Assembly (NCBI GenBank): GCA_028534125.1 | Contig: CM052817.1 | Location: forward strand, 100,752,001-100,816,000 | Direction of reading: 5' to 3' | DNA from: Lama glama | Lineage: Eukaryota | DNA length: 64,000 nucleotides | Shown here: piece by piece, positions 1-12,904 of the stretch | How positions within the stretch are numbered: position 1 is the first letter of the stretch | Layout: each line of letters opens with the position of its first letter | Notes under the pieces: model-generated | What the model saw: only the letters and a program-made list of their open reading frames with translations | What the model was told of the DNA's origin: nothing | Databases searched by the model: none | Translations under genes and position numbers: made by a program

Positions 1-295
1 TGATTTTGCCCCTCTTCCTAATTTTTTTATGGAAATTGAAGGAGTAAAATACACAGATTTAGGGGATTCTGTAAAGCTGAGCACCTCAGCTTTTAAGTTC
101 TGTGGGCTTTGGTGGAAAAGAGTGCAAACATCAGAGCTCTGCAGCCCAGCAGAGGATGCCTCCAGAAAAGTGTGACCACTTGGGGCTCTTCTGCATACTG
201 GTCTGTTTCACTGTCAGTGGCTCCACCCTAGAACCTGGGTGCTGAGAGCCCCTCAGCCACCTACTTACAAAGCTACAGCTGCGCTAGTTTACTAG

Positions 296-370
296 GCAAG
301 ATCCACCCACTTCACCACCCAGTATGATAACTGGAGGAAACAGCTGGAACTGATGACTGCAGAGAAGGAA
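296..370 (+). CDS. Tentative internal coding exon of an unidentified gene (ARSTHFTTQYDNWRKQLELMTAEKE)
   Basis: TACTAG|GCA AGA...AAG GAA|GTCCGT gives a 75-nt phase-0 open frame in non-repetitive sequence. Both splice sites are weak and I do not recognise the peptide. Confidence 0.25.
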
Positions 371-710
371 GTCCGTACATTTCCAACTTGATCAGCATCT
401 CTTTAGTTCTTTTACTTATTAATCCAGAGAAGAAAACAGCTAGTTCATTCAAAATTCAAAAAAATCTGAGGTTTTAGGTAACAGTTCTCTCCCTGGATCA
501 TCAGTTTATGATAAAGATCCACATACTACATTAGAACATAACAAAAGGATGTTTGTGTAGGATTTTCTCCTACACCAAAAAGTGAGCTCTTATGAGAAAC
601 TATTTAATCCGTTTCTTTATCCCACATCAGTTTTTACTGTCAAAGATTTCATAAGCTGAATTTTCTAGCAAAATTTCTTTCCAGATATTCCATCTACAAT
701 ATTCAACTAC

Positions 711-1550
711 TTTTTATTTTTAATTGTGCATTTTTATTGTGAAATAAACATCAAAATGCATAAGGCAGTTATTCCATATAATGACTAATTATAAAAGAAA
801 CCTCCGTGTGACCAACCAGATCAAGAAATGGAACACTGCCAGCACCCCAGAAGTCCCCCGGTGACCTTCCTGAACACAACTCTTTCCCTCCCTTTTAGAG
901 GTAACCATTATTCTAACTTTTGTGATAACCATTTCCTTGTTTTTTTCTCTATTGTTTTATCACAAGCATGCATCCCTAAATCATATATGTTTGGTTTTGT
1001 CCTTTCTTTTGGAACAACATAATATGTAACCTGTTGTGCTTACTACTTTTGCTCAACATCATTTTTAATCCATATGTTGTTTGGGTTGTTCATATAAATG
1101 TAATTTGTTCATTTTAATTGCTGCATATTACAGTGTTTCATTGTAGCAATATGCCATAATTTATTTAGCCATTCTATTGTTGATGGATATCTGGGTTGTT
1201 TCCAGTCTGGGACTTTTACGAACGGTGTTTTAAATATACTTTATATATTCCATCACATCTATATGAGTTTCTGTATGGTATATACCTGGGAGTGGTTATG
1301 TGTACTATAAATTTGAATGAATAATGCCAAGCTGCTTTCTAAAGTGTTATACTCACACCAGCTGTGTATGAGCCTCATTGCTTCACACCCTCAGCCACAT
1401 TTGGTATAGTCAGTCCTTTCAGCTTTGCCAATCTGGTGGGTGTGTAGTAGTAAATCACTGTGGTTTTAACTTGCATTTCCTTGATTACTGATGCTGTTGA
1501 GGACTTTCTCATATATCAGCTAGCCATTTGGGCTGCTGCTTTTGTGAAGT
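711..1550 (-). mobile_element. Old L1 (L1ME-like) 3' end fragment
   Basis: Antisense L1M motifs: gccagcaccccagaagtccc, ccattctattgttgatggatatctgggttgtttccag, cactgtggttttaacttgcatttccttgattact. Confidence 0.8.
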
Positions 1551-1930
1551 GGGTTATCGTTTTCATGCCTAACCTCTAAGATGCCCGATTCTCCAATATC
1601 CTTTTATAGTCCACATTTGAATAATATATTTCGGGTAAGGTAATGCTACCAGATGAGTTATATTTAAGACACGGTCTTTCCAAAATAAGAACAATTATTC
1701 TGCCTAATTATCTCTTTATCATTTTGATAATAAGCTTCTTAAAAATAGAACTATGAGACTATATTTTTTACATTCCAAAATAATGCTATGCTTTCAACTA
1801 TTAAATTGTTGCTGGAATCCCTCATGGTGGTTTGGGGTTTGTGACTTGGTTTCCCTCAAAAATGTAAAGTTGGTATTTCTTCTCTTGGAATCTGTGTAAC
1901 TGAACTCTGTTATTGCTTTGTATTTTATAG

Positions 1931-1942
1931 GCAACTATGTAA
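1931..1942 (+). CDS. Tentative terminal coding exon (ATM-stop) followed by an AT-rich putative 3' UTR
   Basis: Good acceptor TGCTTTGTATTTTATAG|GCA ACT ATG TAA, phase-compatible with 296-370. AATAAA cluster at ~2477-2496. Confidence 0.2.
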   Translation, partial: ATM

Positions 1943-2189
1943 CAAATTATTTCACCAGCACAAATTTTTTTTCATTTTCGAGTTTCATTCATTTTGTAAA
2001 AATCATGGTGGCTTTTTCTTTCCCCCTAAAGTTCCTGCTAAAATACATGGTTGGTTGGTTTTTTAATTTCACTCATTAATATTAAATACATACCATTCCT
2101 GTTACTACCTGGCACATTTCTCAACATATTCTATTTGATTGTTTTTATCATTTTATCATTCTTATCTCTCAGTTCTTTGTTTAAAGTCA

Positions 2190-2330
2190 GTGATATTTTA
2201 AGACTGGAGGAAGATGAGACCCAGAGAAATTAAATGACTTACCCAGAGTCAGAAGAGCAAGTAAAAAGGAAACTTGGAGTGGGCCCCAAGTCTTCAAATA
2301 GAGTACACTTAGCATTATATCACACTGACC
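2190..2330 (-). mobile_element. MIR SINE fragment
   Basis: gaggaagatgagacccagagaaattaaatgacttacccagagtca resembles the antisense MIR core. Confidence 0.65.
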
Positions 2331-3369
2331 TCAGTCTCTGAAGCAGTAAGGTAAATTCATTCCCCTGGTCTATTGAATATTGTTCACTTCAACATGGCAA
2401 ACCTCTTATTACACCATTGGATATGGTTACTTTATTTTAAGCCTAACAGCTTTAGGAGCAGATTAGGACTGATATAAATAAAAATAAAAGAATAAAATTT
2501 TTGAAGACTAATACAAATAATTGTGCTTAAAAGAGGTTACATGGAACCTAGCTTTTAAAAAAGAAGGTTCCCCCTGCCCCACTTCAGCTCTTATAGCCAG
2601 TCTGTCACTAGGCCCCATGGCCTCTTCAGAGAATTATCATACTTCTTCAATATCTGAAAAAAAGAGTTACACAAAAGAAAGCAGTGATTGGTAGTGTCAA
2701 ATGATGCAGAAAAGGACTTTGGGTTTGATCAGCTCCCTAATAATTCCATAATGCTGTTAAAAATGCTAGAGAATATCAGACCTTAATGACATTTTCATAT
2801 ACAGGAACAAATCAGTCTAGAAACTTATCAACCGTGTCATGAGATTGTCCCTTTGTGGCCTTTATCATCATCTAGGTTTGCAAAAAGAGTGATTCTAAAA
2901 CTGAATGATAGATGACTACTACTTTTAATAGAAAATAAATTAGTAAGGTAACTTTGAATCTCTTGTAATATTTGATAATTTAACTGTATAAAGTTTCAGA
3001 AGAAGCCTTCATTTGGTTTTATCATTAATAGTCACTAAATATTTTTATCTAATAAAATCTAGCGGTTATTTTTAAAATAAAATACTGAGTGAAAACCATC
3101 TTAAAGAAAAGAACTTCATAAAAACATTAAGGTAGGCTTAGATATAACTTAGCTCTGAAAAGCAAAGTTTTCTAAATGTTTTGGCTTGAAATTCAAAGTT
3201 GAGTTATTGAATTAACAGTCAGTAGTTGCCAGAGGTACTAGATATATAAATATTATTTGTATTTTTTTGTCTTCCAAAAAGCAGTGATATATAGAAAACA
3301 CAAAAGAGTTAGAGTGTCAATCATGAACATGGGATTTTCACAGTTACTTCACCATTCAGTGAAAAGAAA

Positions 3370-3470
3370 TTTACTTATCACCCACTATTTCTTAGCACTG
3401 AACTAAGTGCTGGACATATAATGGTGAAAAGAATGATGTCCCTGGCTTTATGGAGTTTACAATCTAGTCC
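3370..3470 (-). mobile_element. L2 3' fragment
   Basis: ctaagtgctggacatataatggtgaaaag...gtccctggctttatggagtttacaatctag. Confidence 0.65.
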
Positions 3471-3924
3471 AGTATGTCCCAGGCTTAATACTTGACCCCA
3501 GCTACTACCATCTACTATTTGATCTATATTCTGCATAATCATCTGGTGGATAAATGGGTGGCTGCTTTGTTCTCTTGATAAGCAAATAAATGATCACATG
3601 CTGGAAACCATCGATCCGATTGTCATTTTTCAGATTTTCATTATGACAATTTTTAAAAATACAGAAAAATTGAAAGAATAATTTGTGTTCATACACTTTT
3701 CATCTAGATTTGGTCATTGTTAACATTTTGCTGTTTGCTTTATGTATTTTTCTGAATCATTTGAAACTAAGTTGCAGGCATCATGATGCTTCATCTTTTT
3801 TCTTAGGTGATACTTTAGCAGGGATCACTTAAGAAGAAGGATATACCTAACTCCAACCTTTAGTAGACCTGAAAAAATTAACAAAAATCTATATCTGAAT
3901 TTAATTCACATTTAAATTCCCCTA

Positions 3925-4092
3925 TACAAAATAAACAACAGGGTCCTACTGTATACACAGGGTACTATATTCAGTAGCTTATAATAACCTGTAATGAAAA
4001 AGAATATATATGTATAATTGAATCACTGTGCTATACCCTAGAAACTAAAACAACATTGTAAATCAACTATACTTCAATTTAAAAAATAAAAA
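3925..4092 (+). mobile_element. Cetartiodactyl-type L1 3' end, 5'-truncated, with TSD
   Basis: ataaacaacagggtcctactgtata...aatcaactatacttcaatttaaaaaa. TSD taaattccccta (3913-3924) / taaatttcccta (4093-4104). Confidence 0.9.
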
Positions 4093-4116
4093 TAAATTTC
4101 CCTAATTGTCTCAACA

Positions 4117-4345
4117 TTTTTTTACAGCTTTAGAGGGATATAATTGACAAATAACATTGTGTAAGTTTAAGGTGTACCACATGATGATTTGATATGCCTA
4201 TGTATTGTGAAATGATTACCACAATAAGGTTAGTTGACAAACCCATCACCTCACATAGTTACCTTTGTGTGTGTGTTTTCAGCGTGGTAAGAGAGCAGGC
4301 GAAACATCATTCAAGATCTACTCTCTTAGCAAATTTCATGCGTAA
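4117..4345 (-). mobile_element. L1MA9-like 3' end
   Basis: tataattgacaaataacattgtgtaagtttaaggtgtac...catcacctcacatagttacc...aagatctactctcttagcaaatttc. Confidence 0.8.
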
Positions 4346-4436
4346 AATCCCAACAATATTTTTGATAGCTTGTGTCCTCCGCCCAACCTGGATCCAATCA
4401 AGGCTCACACATTGCATTCTTCAATCATATTAGGAG

Positions 4437-4560
4437 AGGGGAGGGTACAGCTTAGTGGTAGAGCATATGCTTAGCATGCACAAGGTCCTAGATTCAATCC
4501 TCAGTACCTCCATTTTAAAAAAAATTAGTAAATAAACCTAATTACCTCTCCCCTAAAAAA
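4437..4560 (+). mobile_element. Camelid tRNA-Ala-derived SINE (Vic-1 type)
   Basis: A-box cagcttagtgg, cttagcatgcac, B-box-like gattcaatcc, then aaataaacctaattacctc and an A tail. Confidence 0.9.
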
Positions 4561-5199
4561 ATTTTAATATAAATATTTTTAGGGAAACTAAAAACTGGAC
4601 TCTCCAATACTGTTTGGAAATAATTTCTTTACATTATATCATTTCTTTTTTTTTCTTATAAGTCTAAGAGCATTATGTATTTTTAGTAAAGGATGATCCC
4701 CTTTTCTCCAGTAGCTTTTTCTCAGCCTTTGACTCAGTGCAGCTTTAATAGTTGGGGGATCACTCACTGAGGTACTGAGCACTCCCTTATTTTCCAAAAG
4801 GAACCTATAAATTTTCTTCACATTTGCCCCACCATGCTTCCCCTGGAAGGCTCTGATCTTTCTCCCAGCCAAACTCTTATTACCTCTTTGTCCTTTCTAG
4901 GAACCCTTTCAAAAGCATGTAACTCACAATTCTTATTTTCTTTTATTCTCCACCCATCTTTCAGGCTACCACCTCTGCTTAACTCTACCGGAATCTGCAC
5001 CTGATTTCCTTTACTGAAACTCTGTCGCTAGGAGTCCTTCGCACCGGAACCCACCGCCACTGCAACCTGCCACCACTAATGTGTACTTAGCTGATTCCAA
5101 AGGAAGGAAAGGACATACTTCAAGAATCTAGAATATGCAGTTATTTCATTTAATCTTCACAAAACCTTGCAAAGTAGGTGCAAGATGCCCACCTTCTTT

Positions 5200-5460
5200 T
5201 TTCCTCTTCCTGGCCACAAAGGAAGACTTTATTTCCCAGCCTCCCTCGTACTTAGGCTAGAGCCATGTGATTAGTCTGGCCAGCAGAATGTGGGCAGAAG
5301 TACGTCATGGCCAGGCTTGATCCCTAAAGTTTCCCATGAGATAATCAGCTCCCCTATCTACAAGGCTTAGAAGCAAAGGATGTTCAGATATTGGATCACA
5401 TGTAGGAGTCCAGATTCCTTAGTTGCTGCTTGGAGAAATGCTTTCTGACCTAAATCAGTG
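5200..5460 (+). mobile_element. MaLR LTR fragment (MLT1H/J-like)
   Basis: atttcccagcctccctcgtacttaggctagagccatgtgattagtctggccagcagaatgtgggcagaagt. Confidence 0.7.
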
Positions 5461-6344
5461 AACAGAGCAAAACATACAAAGTTAACTTGCTAAGTTTAAT
5501 ACCAATTTTTCATTTAGAAACATAAAGGATAGCAAGTCATTCTGTTAGTATTCTAGTCTAGTGAGGTTGAGTTACATAAGCTTTTGTGACCTGTCCGTGA
5601 GAATGCAACCCCTTTTTGTTATACTGTCTTTATAGAAATGAGAGTTCTGAATTCTAATCCAAACTATAAAAGAACTTTTAGGGAAAAGAAAACCCCTAGG
5701 GCTTGACCCTTCTGTGAAAGTACCACATATTAGAACATTGGCACCCTCCAGATATTTGTCCAAGGCTTCCATTTCAACAAATCGGCTTCCATTTCAGGGA
5801 TGAAGATATCCTCATGTTCTCCAGCCTTTCATTCCAGCATGGATGTTTCTTTTAATAACCGAATAAAATCTTATGACCTACCATCTTACATGCTATGAAA
5901 AGTTCACAGCCAGCTCCCTCCACTGTGGGTGGCATCTTCAAATTATTTTAAAGCCTGCCCCACACTGGACACTACTATCTCATTTCATCAACATAAGGCT
6001 GTTCTACATAGCGGACTTTTAGGTTGAAGGGTAAATGATTATTCTAGTTTAAGAACCAGTTTAAACGCAGGAAACAACTTCAAAATCAATATCAGATACA
6101 ACTTTTCCTAGAGCTATTGGCCAATTGGGACCTTAGGGCATTTCTCACGTATTACATCTTTTCTTAGGTCTCTTCCAATCACCCTGTATTTGCTACTCTA
6201 ACCCCCACAGCCTCTTCACATCTCTCCAGAGCAGTCTCCTTAAATACAAGATTATTTTTACTTTACTAACAAGCAATTCAACTGTTTTGGGTCTCCACGC
6301 CACCTCTGACAAAAGCCCATCAAACTCGCCGTTAATACTGTGTA

Positions 6345-6822
6345 CAGATGCAAATAACAGAAAACCCAACTGGCATAAACGTGTAAAGGGTTTACTGTTT
6401 CTCTTAATTAAAAAATCCACTAGCAAGGAGTCCAAAGTTGGCACAGCAGCTCAGTAAGGCCATCAAGTACCCGGGCTGTTTTTCTTCCCTTGCCACCATT
6501 GCCATCTGTGTCATGTTGACTTTTATCACAAGCCTGTTGCCTAATGAGGCAGCATTTCCTAAGGAATCACATTCAGATTGTAGACTGGGAAGAAGGGGAA
6601 AGGGTGATGCCCATGGGAGGAAAAGCTGATCCTTCTCCCCATGTTTCCAGCACACTTCTCTTTAGGTCTCGTTGATAGAGATGTCTGAGGGCCACAGCTA
6701 GATCTAAAGAAGGCTAAAGACTGTTCTATCTGGGCGTTGTTGCCCAAAGTGAGGCTGGAGCTCTGTAACTAAGGAAGGCAGGAAAAATAGACAAGGAGTA
6801 GAAAATTAACAGGGTCTGACAT
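6345..6822 (-). mobile_element. Old MaLR LTR (MLT1K/L-like)
   Basis: tgcaaataacagaaaacccaactggc...gcagctcagtaaggccatcaagtaccc...acagggtctgaca. Confidence 0.6.
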
Positions 6823-6826
6823 GCTT

Positions 6827-7209
6827 TATCTTAGTCTGTCCTGACTGCTGTAACAATTTGCGATAGAGTAGGTGGCTTACAAACAACAGAAATTTATCCC
6901 CCACAGTTCTGGAGGCTGGAAGTCTGAAATCAGGGTGGCAGCATGGCCAGGTAGAGCCTTTGTCCAGGTTGCAGACTGCTGACTTCTCACTGTGTCCTCA
7001 TGTGATGGAGAGCAGAGGGCAGCAACCTCTCTCCTAACTCTTATAAGGTCACTAATCCCATTCAGGAGAGCTCCATCTTCATGACCTCATCCAATTTTGA
7101 TCACCTCCCAAAGGCCTCACCTCTTAATACCATTTAGCACCTTACAAGAGGGAAAAGGCAGAGGAGGGGCAGAATAGGATTTCAACATGTGAACATTCAG
7201 TCCATAACA
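6827..7209 (-). mobile_element. MLT1A/MLT1A0-like solo LTR
   Basis: ggtggcttacaaacaacagaaatttat...cacagttctggaggctggaagtc, ending acattcagtccataaca. Confidence 0.9.
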
Positions 7210-8452
7210 CCCTGAAAAAAATGTTTTTCTTAAGAAACGCATCTACCGAGATGAAATGCCTGTGTTATAAACCACAGAAATTGCTACCACGGTTTTTGTT
7301 TTAAATACCAATTTCCCCAATGCTTGGCATGCAAATATCAGTAATACGTAGAACTTTCTTTTTGGCTTCTTGCAGTTTAGAAATTCTAGCAATGTAATTT
7401 CAGGATCATTTTTAATAAATTAATTTGTGATCTCCAGGTGGATGGCTTTTAATCTCTTACATCTTCTTCGCAAAACACATCTTATTAGTGACATTTTAAG
7501 CTCTTTTTTTAGACCCATATGTAAGAATGATTATTCATTTCCCTTTTAAAACCACAAATAAGTATTATTTTTATTTAGTTTAAAACAATCTGAAACTTAC
7601 AGAAAATTGCAAGTACAGTATAAAGAACTTTTTTATCTTGAACCCTTATTTGGGAATGTGTTACTAACCTGATGCCCGGACACCCCCAAATACTTAACAG
7701 GGTGCTTCGGTCACTCTCCCACATACATAATCACAACACAGCCATCAAAATCAGGAAGTAAACATGGATCATTCATATTACCCAATCCTGAGACCTTTAT
7801 TAAATTTCATCAGTTGTCCCAGTAATATCCTTTATAGCAAAAAAAAAAAGGATACCCTTCAGAATGTGTATTGCATTTAATTGTCATATCTCTTTAGTGT
7901 CCTTTAGTCAGAAATGCTTCTTCAGTCTTTCTTTGATTTTCATGACCTTGATACTTTTGAAGATTGCAGCTAGTTATTTTATGGAATATCCTTCCAAAAA
8001 ACGCTGTTTCAAATTGTCCCATTACTGATGTTGTACACTTTAATCTCTTGATTAAAATGGTGCCTGCCAGGCTTCTCCACAGTGAAGGAACTCCAAAATG
8101 AAGTTACTATTTTTTCCATTTGGAATTAATAGGTATTACTTTTGTAATGAAATACTTTAGATCTAAATAAATATCTTATTCCTTTTCAAGCTTTCGTTTT
8201 ACTCTTATTTATATCAATATGGGCTCATGGTTTCCTATTTTGTTCAGGGGGTTATAATCTGTTATGTTATTATTTATTTTGATGCTTACATTGTCCCTTT
8301 TTTGGCCATTGGGAACCCCTTCAAATTGGCTCTTGTGTCATTTTGTCCCATCAGTTGATGAGTATTTTCTTTTTTTCTAGCACAACAGAATGTCCCAGGC
8401 TCATGATGTCCTTCCCTGGCCCAGTGTTGCAAGTGGTCATTTCTCCCAGGAA

Positions 8453-8601
8453 TAGGGTTACCAAATAAAATAGAGGTTAATCAGTTAAATACGAATTTCA
8501 GGTAAATAATGAATAAATATTTAGTGGAGTCATGTCCCATGCAATAATTTCTTGTCTACTAAATATTTGCTGTATTTTTATATGCTAAATCTTACACCCT
8601 A
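8453..8601. mobile_element. MER53-like hAT MITE (partly deleted)
   Basis: Terminal inverted repeats tagggttacca... / ...ttacacccta, with internal cagttaaatacgaatttcaggtaaataa and tgtcccatgcaata. Splits the host L1 at ctcccaggaa|...|gccctggttcc. Confidence 0.8.
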
Positions 8602-8727
8602 CCAAAAGCCCTGGTTCCTTTACATGGCACATGGTATATAGAATCCACAACTTGAGGAGGTCTGCTGGTTGCAGTTTGAGTTCACAGCTCTTGGGCTTCC
8701 TTTGACGGATGGAGCTAGGGAACACAT

Positions 8728-8759
8728 AACACACACACACACACACACACACATACACA
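8728..8759. repeat. (CA)n microsatellite
   Basis: Direct reading. Confidence 0.95.
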
Positions 8760-8940
8760 TTTATGTCTGTATGGCAATATTGATGCCATATAGATACAGA
8801 TACATTGCAATCTATGAGTTCACACTGGTAACTTCTAATTCTAATCCTGAAGGTATAATCGTTTTCCCTTTCCATGTTTATGGATTCATTCTCCAACGGT
8901 GAGAATCCTGGCTCTCACTACCCTTAATATATTTACTTAT

Positions 8941-9083
8941 TTTGGGTAGGGGTGGGTAATTAGGTTTATTTATTTGTTTGTTTATTTTTAAACCACTTTT
9001 TTAGCAGAGGTACTGGGGATTGAACCCAGGATCTCGTTCATGCTAAGCACAAACTCTACCACTGAGCTACACCCTCCCCCCCT
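8941..9083 (-). mobile_element. Vic-1-type SINE with TSD
   Basis: ggggattgaacccagg...tgctaagc...ctaccactgagcta. 13-bp TSD tatatttacttat at 8928-8940 and 9084-9096. Confidence 0.95.
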
Positions 9084-9719
9084 TATATTTACTTATCTGA
9101 TCAGTCCCTTAGCATATAATCAAACCTGCACCACTGTCCCTGCCCCCGTCCCATGAGGTTGCCCTGCTTGTACTCAGACCCCGGTGCCCTGACATCCACA
9201 CAGGTCAACACTCTCTCACCCGCCTCAACACAGGCCACCCCACACCCTTCACCTTGTTTGGGATCTGTGTTGTTCCCCACCCCGCCCTGCACAGATCCTT
9301 GCCTCTCCCTGCACAGGCTTTGTACCACACGCGGGGCCATCCTCCGTGTGACTCCACATATGTCCTCCTCCCGTGTGTACACCCTCCTCACCTTGCTCTA
9401 AGCACAAACGTCTTCAGATGTGATACTTAAGTAAGAAATGTTTTATTACTCTTCTTATTCATAACATTCATAACATTTTACTCATAAGGTTTTCAATGTA
9501 AAAGAGGCTTTGACAGAGGCAACTAGAAAAATAGGGATATTTTTATTCATTTGCATTGAGCTGATACTAACCATTACTTATTGACTAATAATAAAAACCC
9601 AAGAGAAATCAAAATTAGAAATGTGAAAATAAAAAAGACTCAATGTCCCCACCCAAAAATGAGAATGTTAACAACCACTTACATAAATTAAAAATAAATG
9701 TTCCTTTAAAAAAAAGTGT

Positions 9720-10400
9720 AGACTATGGTTTAAAAACCTGTGTTTGTCTCCACTTCCTCTCAAAAGCCCTGAAAATAATAGTAAAGGAATAAAAAAAAGC
9801 ATAAAAAGTACAAAGAGAACAGGAGACAAAATGACAGCAAAGAGGAGATGTCAAGAAATTCTAGAAGATAGAAAGTAGATAGACAAAGAGTAACTAAGGA
9901 AAAATGGAGCGAAACCTAAGTTCCTGCAGCAGAGTGTCCAGCAATAACCAGCTAATCCCTCATGTGAAACCCTAGAAAATGTCAAAAATGGAAGTCACTA
10001 GTCACCCCTGAAGGAGTGGGCGCAGGGTAAAGGGGAAAAAGGCTTTTCCTTATGAATGGACAGCCAAGGATCACCAGACATTTGAGGAAAGTCTAATATG
10101 AAAGCAAAAAAGGAAATGAACCTGGAGAAAACTGAGACAATATGGAAAAAAGAAAATTATCACAGATTGTGATAAAATTTTAAGAGGAAAGGTGTGGGAT
10201 AGTGCTATGTGTGTGTGTGTGTGTGTGTGTGCACATAGATAATTAAACCTCAACTTTAATAACAGAAACTTCATAGATGATGTCTTGGTTTGAAAAATCA
10301 TGACATCTGTATCAGCATGTTATTTAGATGCAAATATGAGGGGGAAAAATACCTAAAGACTTGAAAATGGTTGCCTCTCAGGAAGCCACATTAGATGAGG
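9720..10400 (+). mobile_element. Old L1M fragments (5'/ORF1 side), with (TG)n at ~10208-10231
   Basis: A-rich sequence including cagccaaggatcaccagacatttgaggaaag and aaaatggttgcctctcagga. Confidence 0.55.
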
Positions 10401-10519
10401 GAAAGGCAGGTGAATTTCTCTCTCTCTCTCTCACACGCACACACACACACACTCTCCCCCTCTCTCTCTCCTACATTTTCACTTCAAGTGTTTTAAAAAT
10501 CTGAATAACATGGGTTCTT

Positions 10520-12370
10520 CTAGGACCCACTTCCCACCCCCATCTTAGGTCCCTAAGATTTATTCAGGTTGATGTATGTGACCATAAGTGCATCCCTGTT
10601 GCCTCTGAGGGTCTAGTACTGCCAACCTGGCCCCTTGCATCCTGTTATTCCCATTGACTCTGGGGCAACAATCTTAATCTAGAGGACAAGCAATTCTGAG
10701 TTCTCAGAATGTACTAGCACATTCCTTATTTTAGTGAAGACAGTGCCCTCCGAACCCTCCCAGGGAACATGGTGACATGGTAGTGTTTGGTGGATTCTCT
10801 GGTATTACAAAATAAATGCATTCTTAAATCTACCCTGTTTGAATATTTTTACCCCTTTCTCATCTTTCTTCTAAGAAATTCCAGCATCTCCATCTCATCA
10901 TTGTTTTCAAGTTTCAAGGAGCTATTCCTGCAATGTACTAGGTATAGTTCTAGGCATTTTACCAAGATATTAAGTCTTCAGTCACTGATTTACAGTCTGC
11001 CCTCCCTGATCCAGCACCTTTCATTCCATTTCCAAGCAAATTCTCCCAGTTCCTGCTGGTGCATTAACACTGCCAGGTCCTGCAGTGCTTTGGGTGAATA
11101 ATCTCTTTCATCACACAGGACTATTTCTCTACTTGGCTCATAATAAGTCTTCTAATTATTGGTCTAGGAGCAATAAAAAGAGGCAAGGAAAGATCTTACA
11201 GACAAGCATCATCTTGCAAGGCATCTGCCCTAGGTGAGCCCTTTGCACAATCTCCAGGCAATTGGAGACCGGTTTCCTCCAGTAAGAGGTAGAGCTGCTG
11301 AGAATTCTGGCTCAGATTCTTCAGAGAAAGCTAGGGAATTAAGTCCTGAGTCCCATCTACCCAAATATCCCCACCTGAAGTGCCAGTGCCCCTCTCCTTT
11401 CCTTTCACATCCCTGACTTCAGCATAAGAAACCTCTGGGCTGTGAACTCAACCTCCTCTTTAGTTCTGCTGTACTTAAGATCAAATTTGAGGTCTTATTT
11501 TTCAGTTAAGCCCACCCTCTGTCTGCAGGAGATGAGATCCCCTTTAAAAGAGGCCATGGAAGATTTCTGGCTTCCTTTCAACCCAGGTTCTAAATTAATC
11601 ATTACCTGATCTGAGTCTGTTTTTCCCTTTTCTCATGGCTCCTCCATTGGTTGACAACAACAAACCAACTCCGGAATCCTAATCATTGCCTTCGCCCCAA
11701 TTAGGGTCAAGAGCTATCCTATTGTCCAAACTTTCCTTACACCTGCGCACCGGCCCAGTTCAGCCCAGGTAAGACTCAGTAACAGTGATGCTACACCATG
11801 CCGGATATGACTGTGACCTCCCTTACCAACAGTAACAGGGTCTCAGTTGCCATCTGATCAGCAAGTGATCCAATTCTAGAATCCTGTTCTGAGGGTCTCC
11901 TTCCTGGCATCACTTCTAGGGCCTACTGGCTTAGTCTGTGTCCCTCCAAAACCTAAGGACCTGAGTGCAGTTGGTATGCTGGAAGAGTAAAATGCAGTGC
12001 AGGAAGCAGTGGTAGAGGAGTGGAGAAGTCAGAGCACAGAGGGAGGGAAACAATACAGAGCACTTTAGTGTGCAGCGTACTGCTGAAGACAGCAGGGGCT
12101 CAACCTGCAGGGACCCTCTGGGAAGCAGGGATCTCGCATCAGAGCTGTCCCGCCCAAGGGGCCAGGGAAGCGGGATGTTTGTCCTTCAACTCCTGTTGGC
12201 CATTGGCTGAGGGCTTTTCCTCAAGCATGGGCCTGTCACAAAAACAGATAGAGAGAAGCCTTCAGGCCACAGGCAGGGAGTCACAGGTGCGTCCGGTAAG
12301 GTTAGCTTGGACTGGATCGTTCCAGAGTGCTTAGGGAATGTGAGCAGGGTGTTAATGGCTGTCAGCTATA
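10520..12370 (-). mobile_element. ERVL remnant (ERV3-16A3-like internal region ~10520-11925 plus 5' LTR ~11925-12370)
   Basis: Minus strand reads agaagtgatgccaggaaggagaccctcagaacaggattctagaattggatcac, typical of the start of this internal region, abutting an LTR16/33-like sequence (gcagggaccctctgggaagc...ccattggctgaggg). Confidence 0.7.
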
Positions 12371-12399
12371 CCTTCCTGGACTTCCTACCTAAAATAACA

Positions 12400-12640
12400 C
12401 ATGCCCCATCTTTACCCTTCCTTCTTCCATTGCTTTTTTCCCCCCTTTACACTAGTATTTCTACCTGGCATTCTCTTATGCTTATATTTATTTATTTATA
12501 GCCTCCCCCCAACATATACACTACAATATAAGCCAGAGACTTCATCTGATTTATTCACTACTATGTGCCCCATTCCTAGAACAGTGCCTAGAACATGGCA
12601 TGGAAACAGTAAATATTTTTGAATGAGTGAGTGAATGAAA
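12400..12640 (+). mobile_element. L2 3' end
   Basis: ttattcactactatgtgccccattcctagaacagtgcct...aaatatttttgaatgagtgagtgaatgaa. Confidence 0.85.
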
Positions 12641-12904
12641 AAAAATGTAATATTTGCAACATGGCTTGAAAACACTTAGCATCTGTAGTTAGGAAGTTAG
12701 GAAGGAGAAGGAGGTTAGGATTTCAAAGAGGGGCTCACTGAACAGAACCATGAAGGATAAGCATGATTTGTCAAGGGAAATAAACATGGGAAAGTTGTTC
12801 CATTCAAAAACTTTTCAGTCTCAGTTGATTAGGAAGGAAGCCAGCTAATTCACTGAGAAATAATAATAGAATTTTAAAATTAATGCTTTAAAATAAGTTT
12901 TTTA

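Larger units (their letters stand above)
3630..4425 (-). mobile_element. Old L1ME 3' fragment hosting two younger L1 insertions
   Basis: aatacagaaaaattgaaagaata...aagttgcaggcatcatga, resuming at ggatccaatcaaggctcacacattgcat. Confidence 0.65.
7570..9400 (-). mobile_element. L1MC-type 3' region interrupted by MER53, (CA)n and a SINE
   Basis: aacttacagaaaattgcaagtacagta, catcaaaatcaggaa, gccaggcttctccacagtgaag, tgagttcacactggtaacttctaattc. Confidence 0.8.

Noticed and set aside
269..356. Minus-strand exon-like segment (TTCTCTGCAG...GTAAGT)
   Set aside because: Good splice signals but stop codons in all three frames. It could only be a non-coding exon, and I have no further support.
9120..9400. 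C-rich, quasi-repetitive segment with ORFs on both strands
   Set aside because: It continues the surrounding L1MC 3' region, which as I recall contains such low-complexity sequence.
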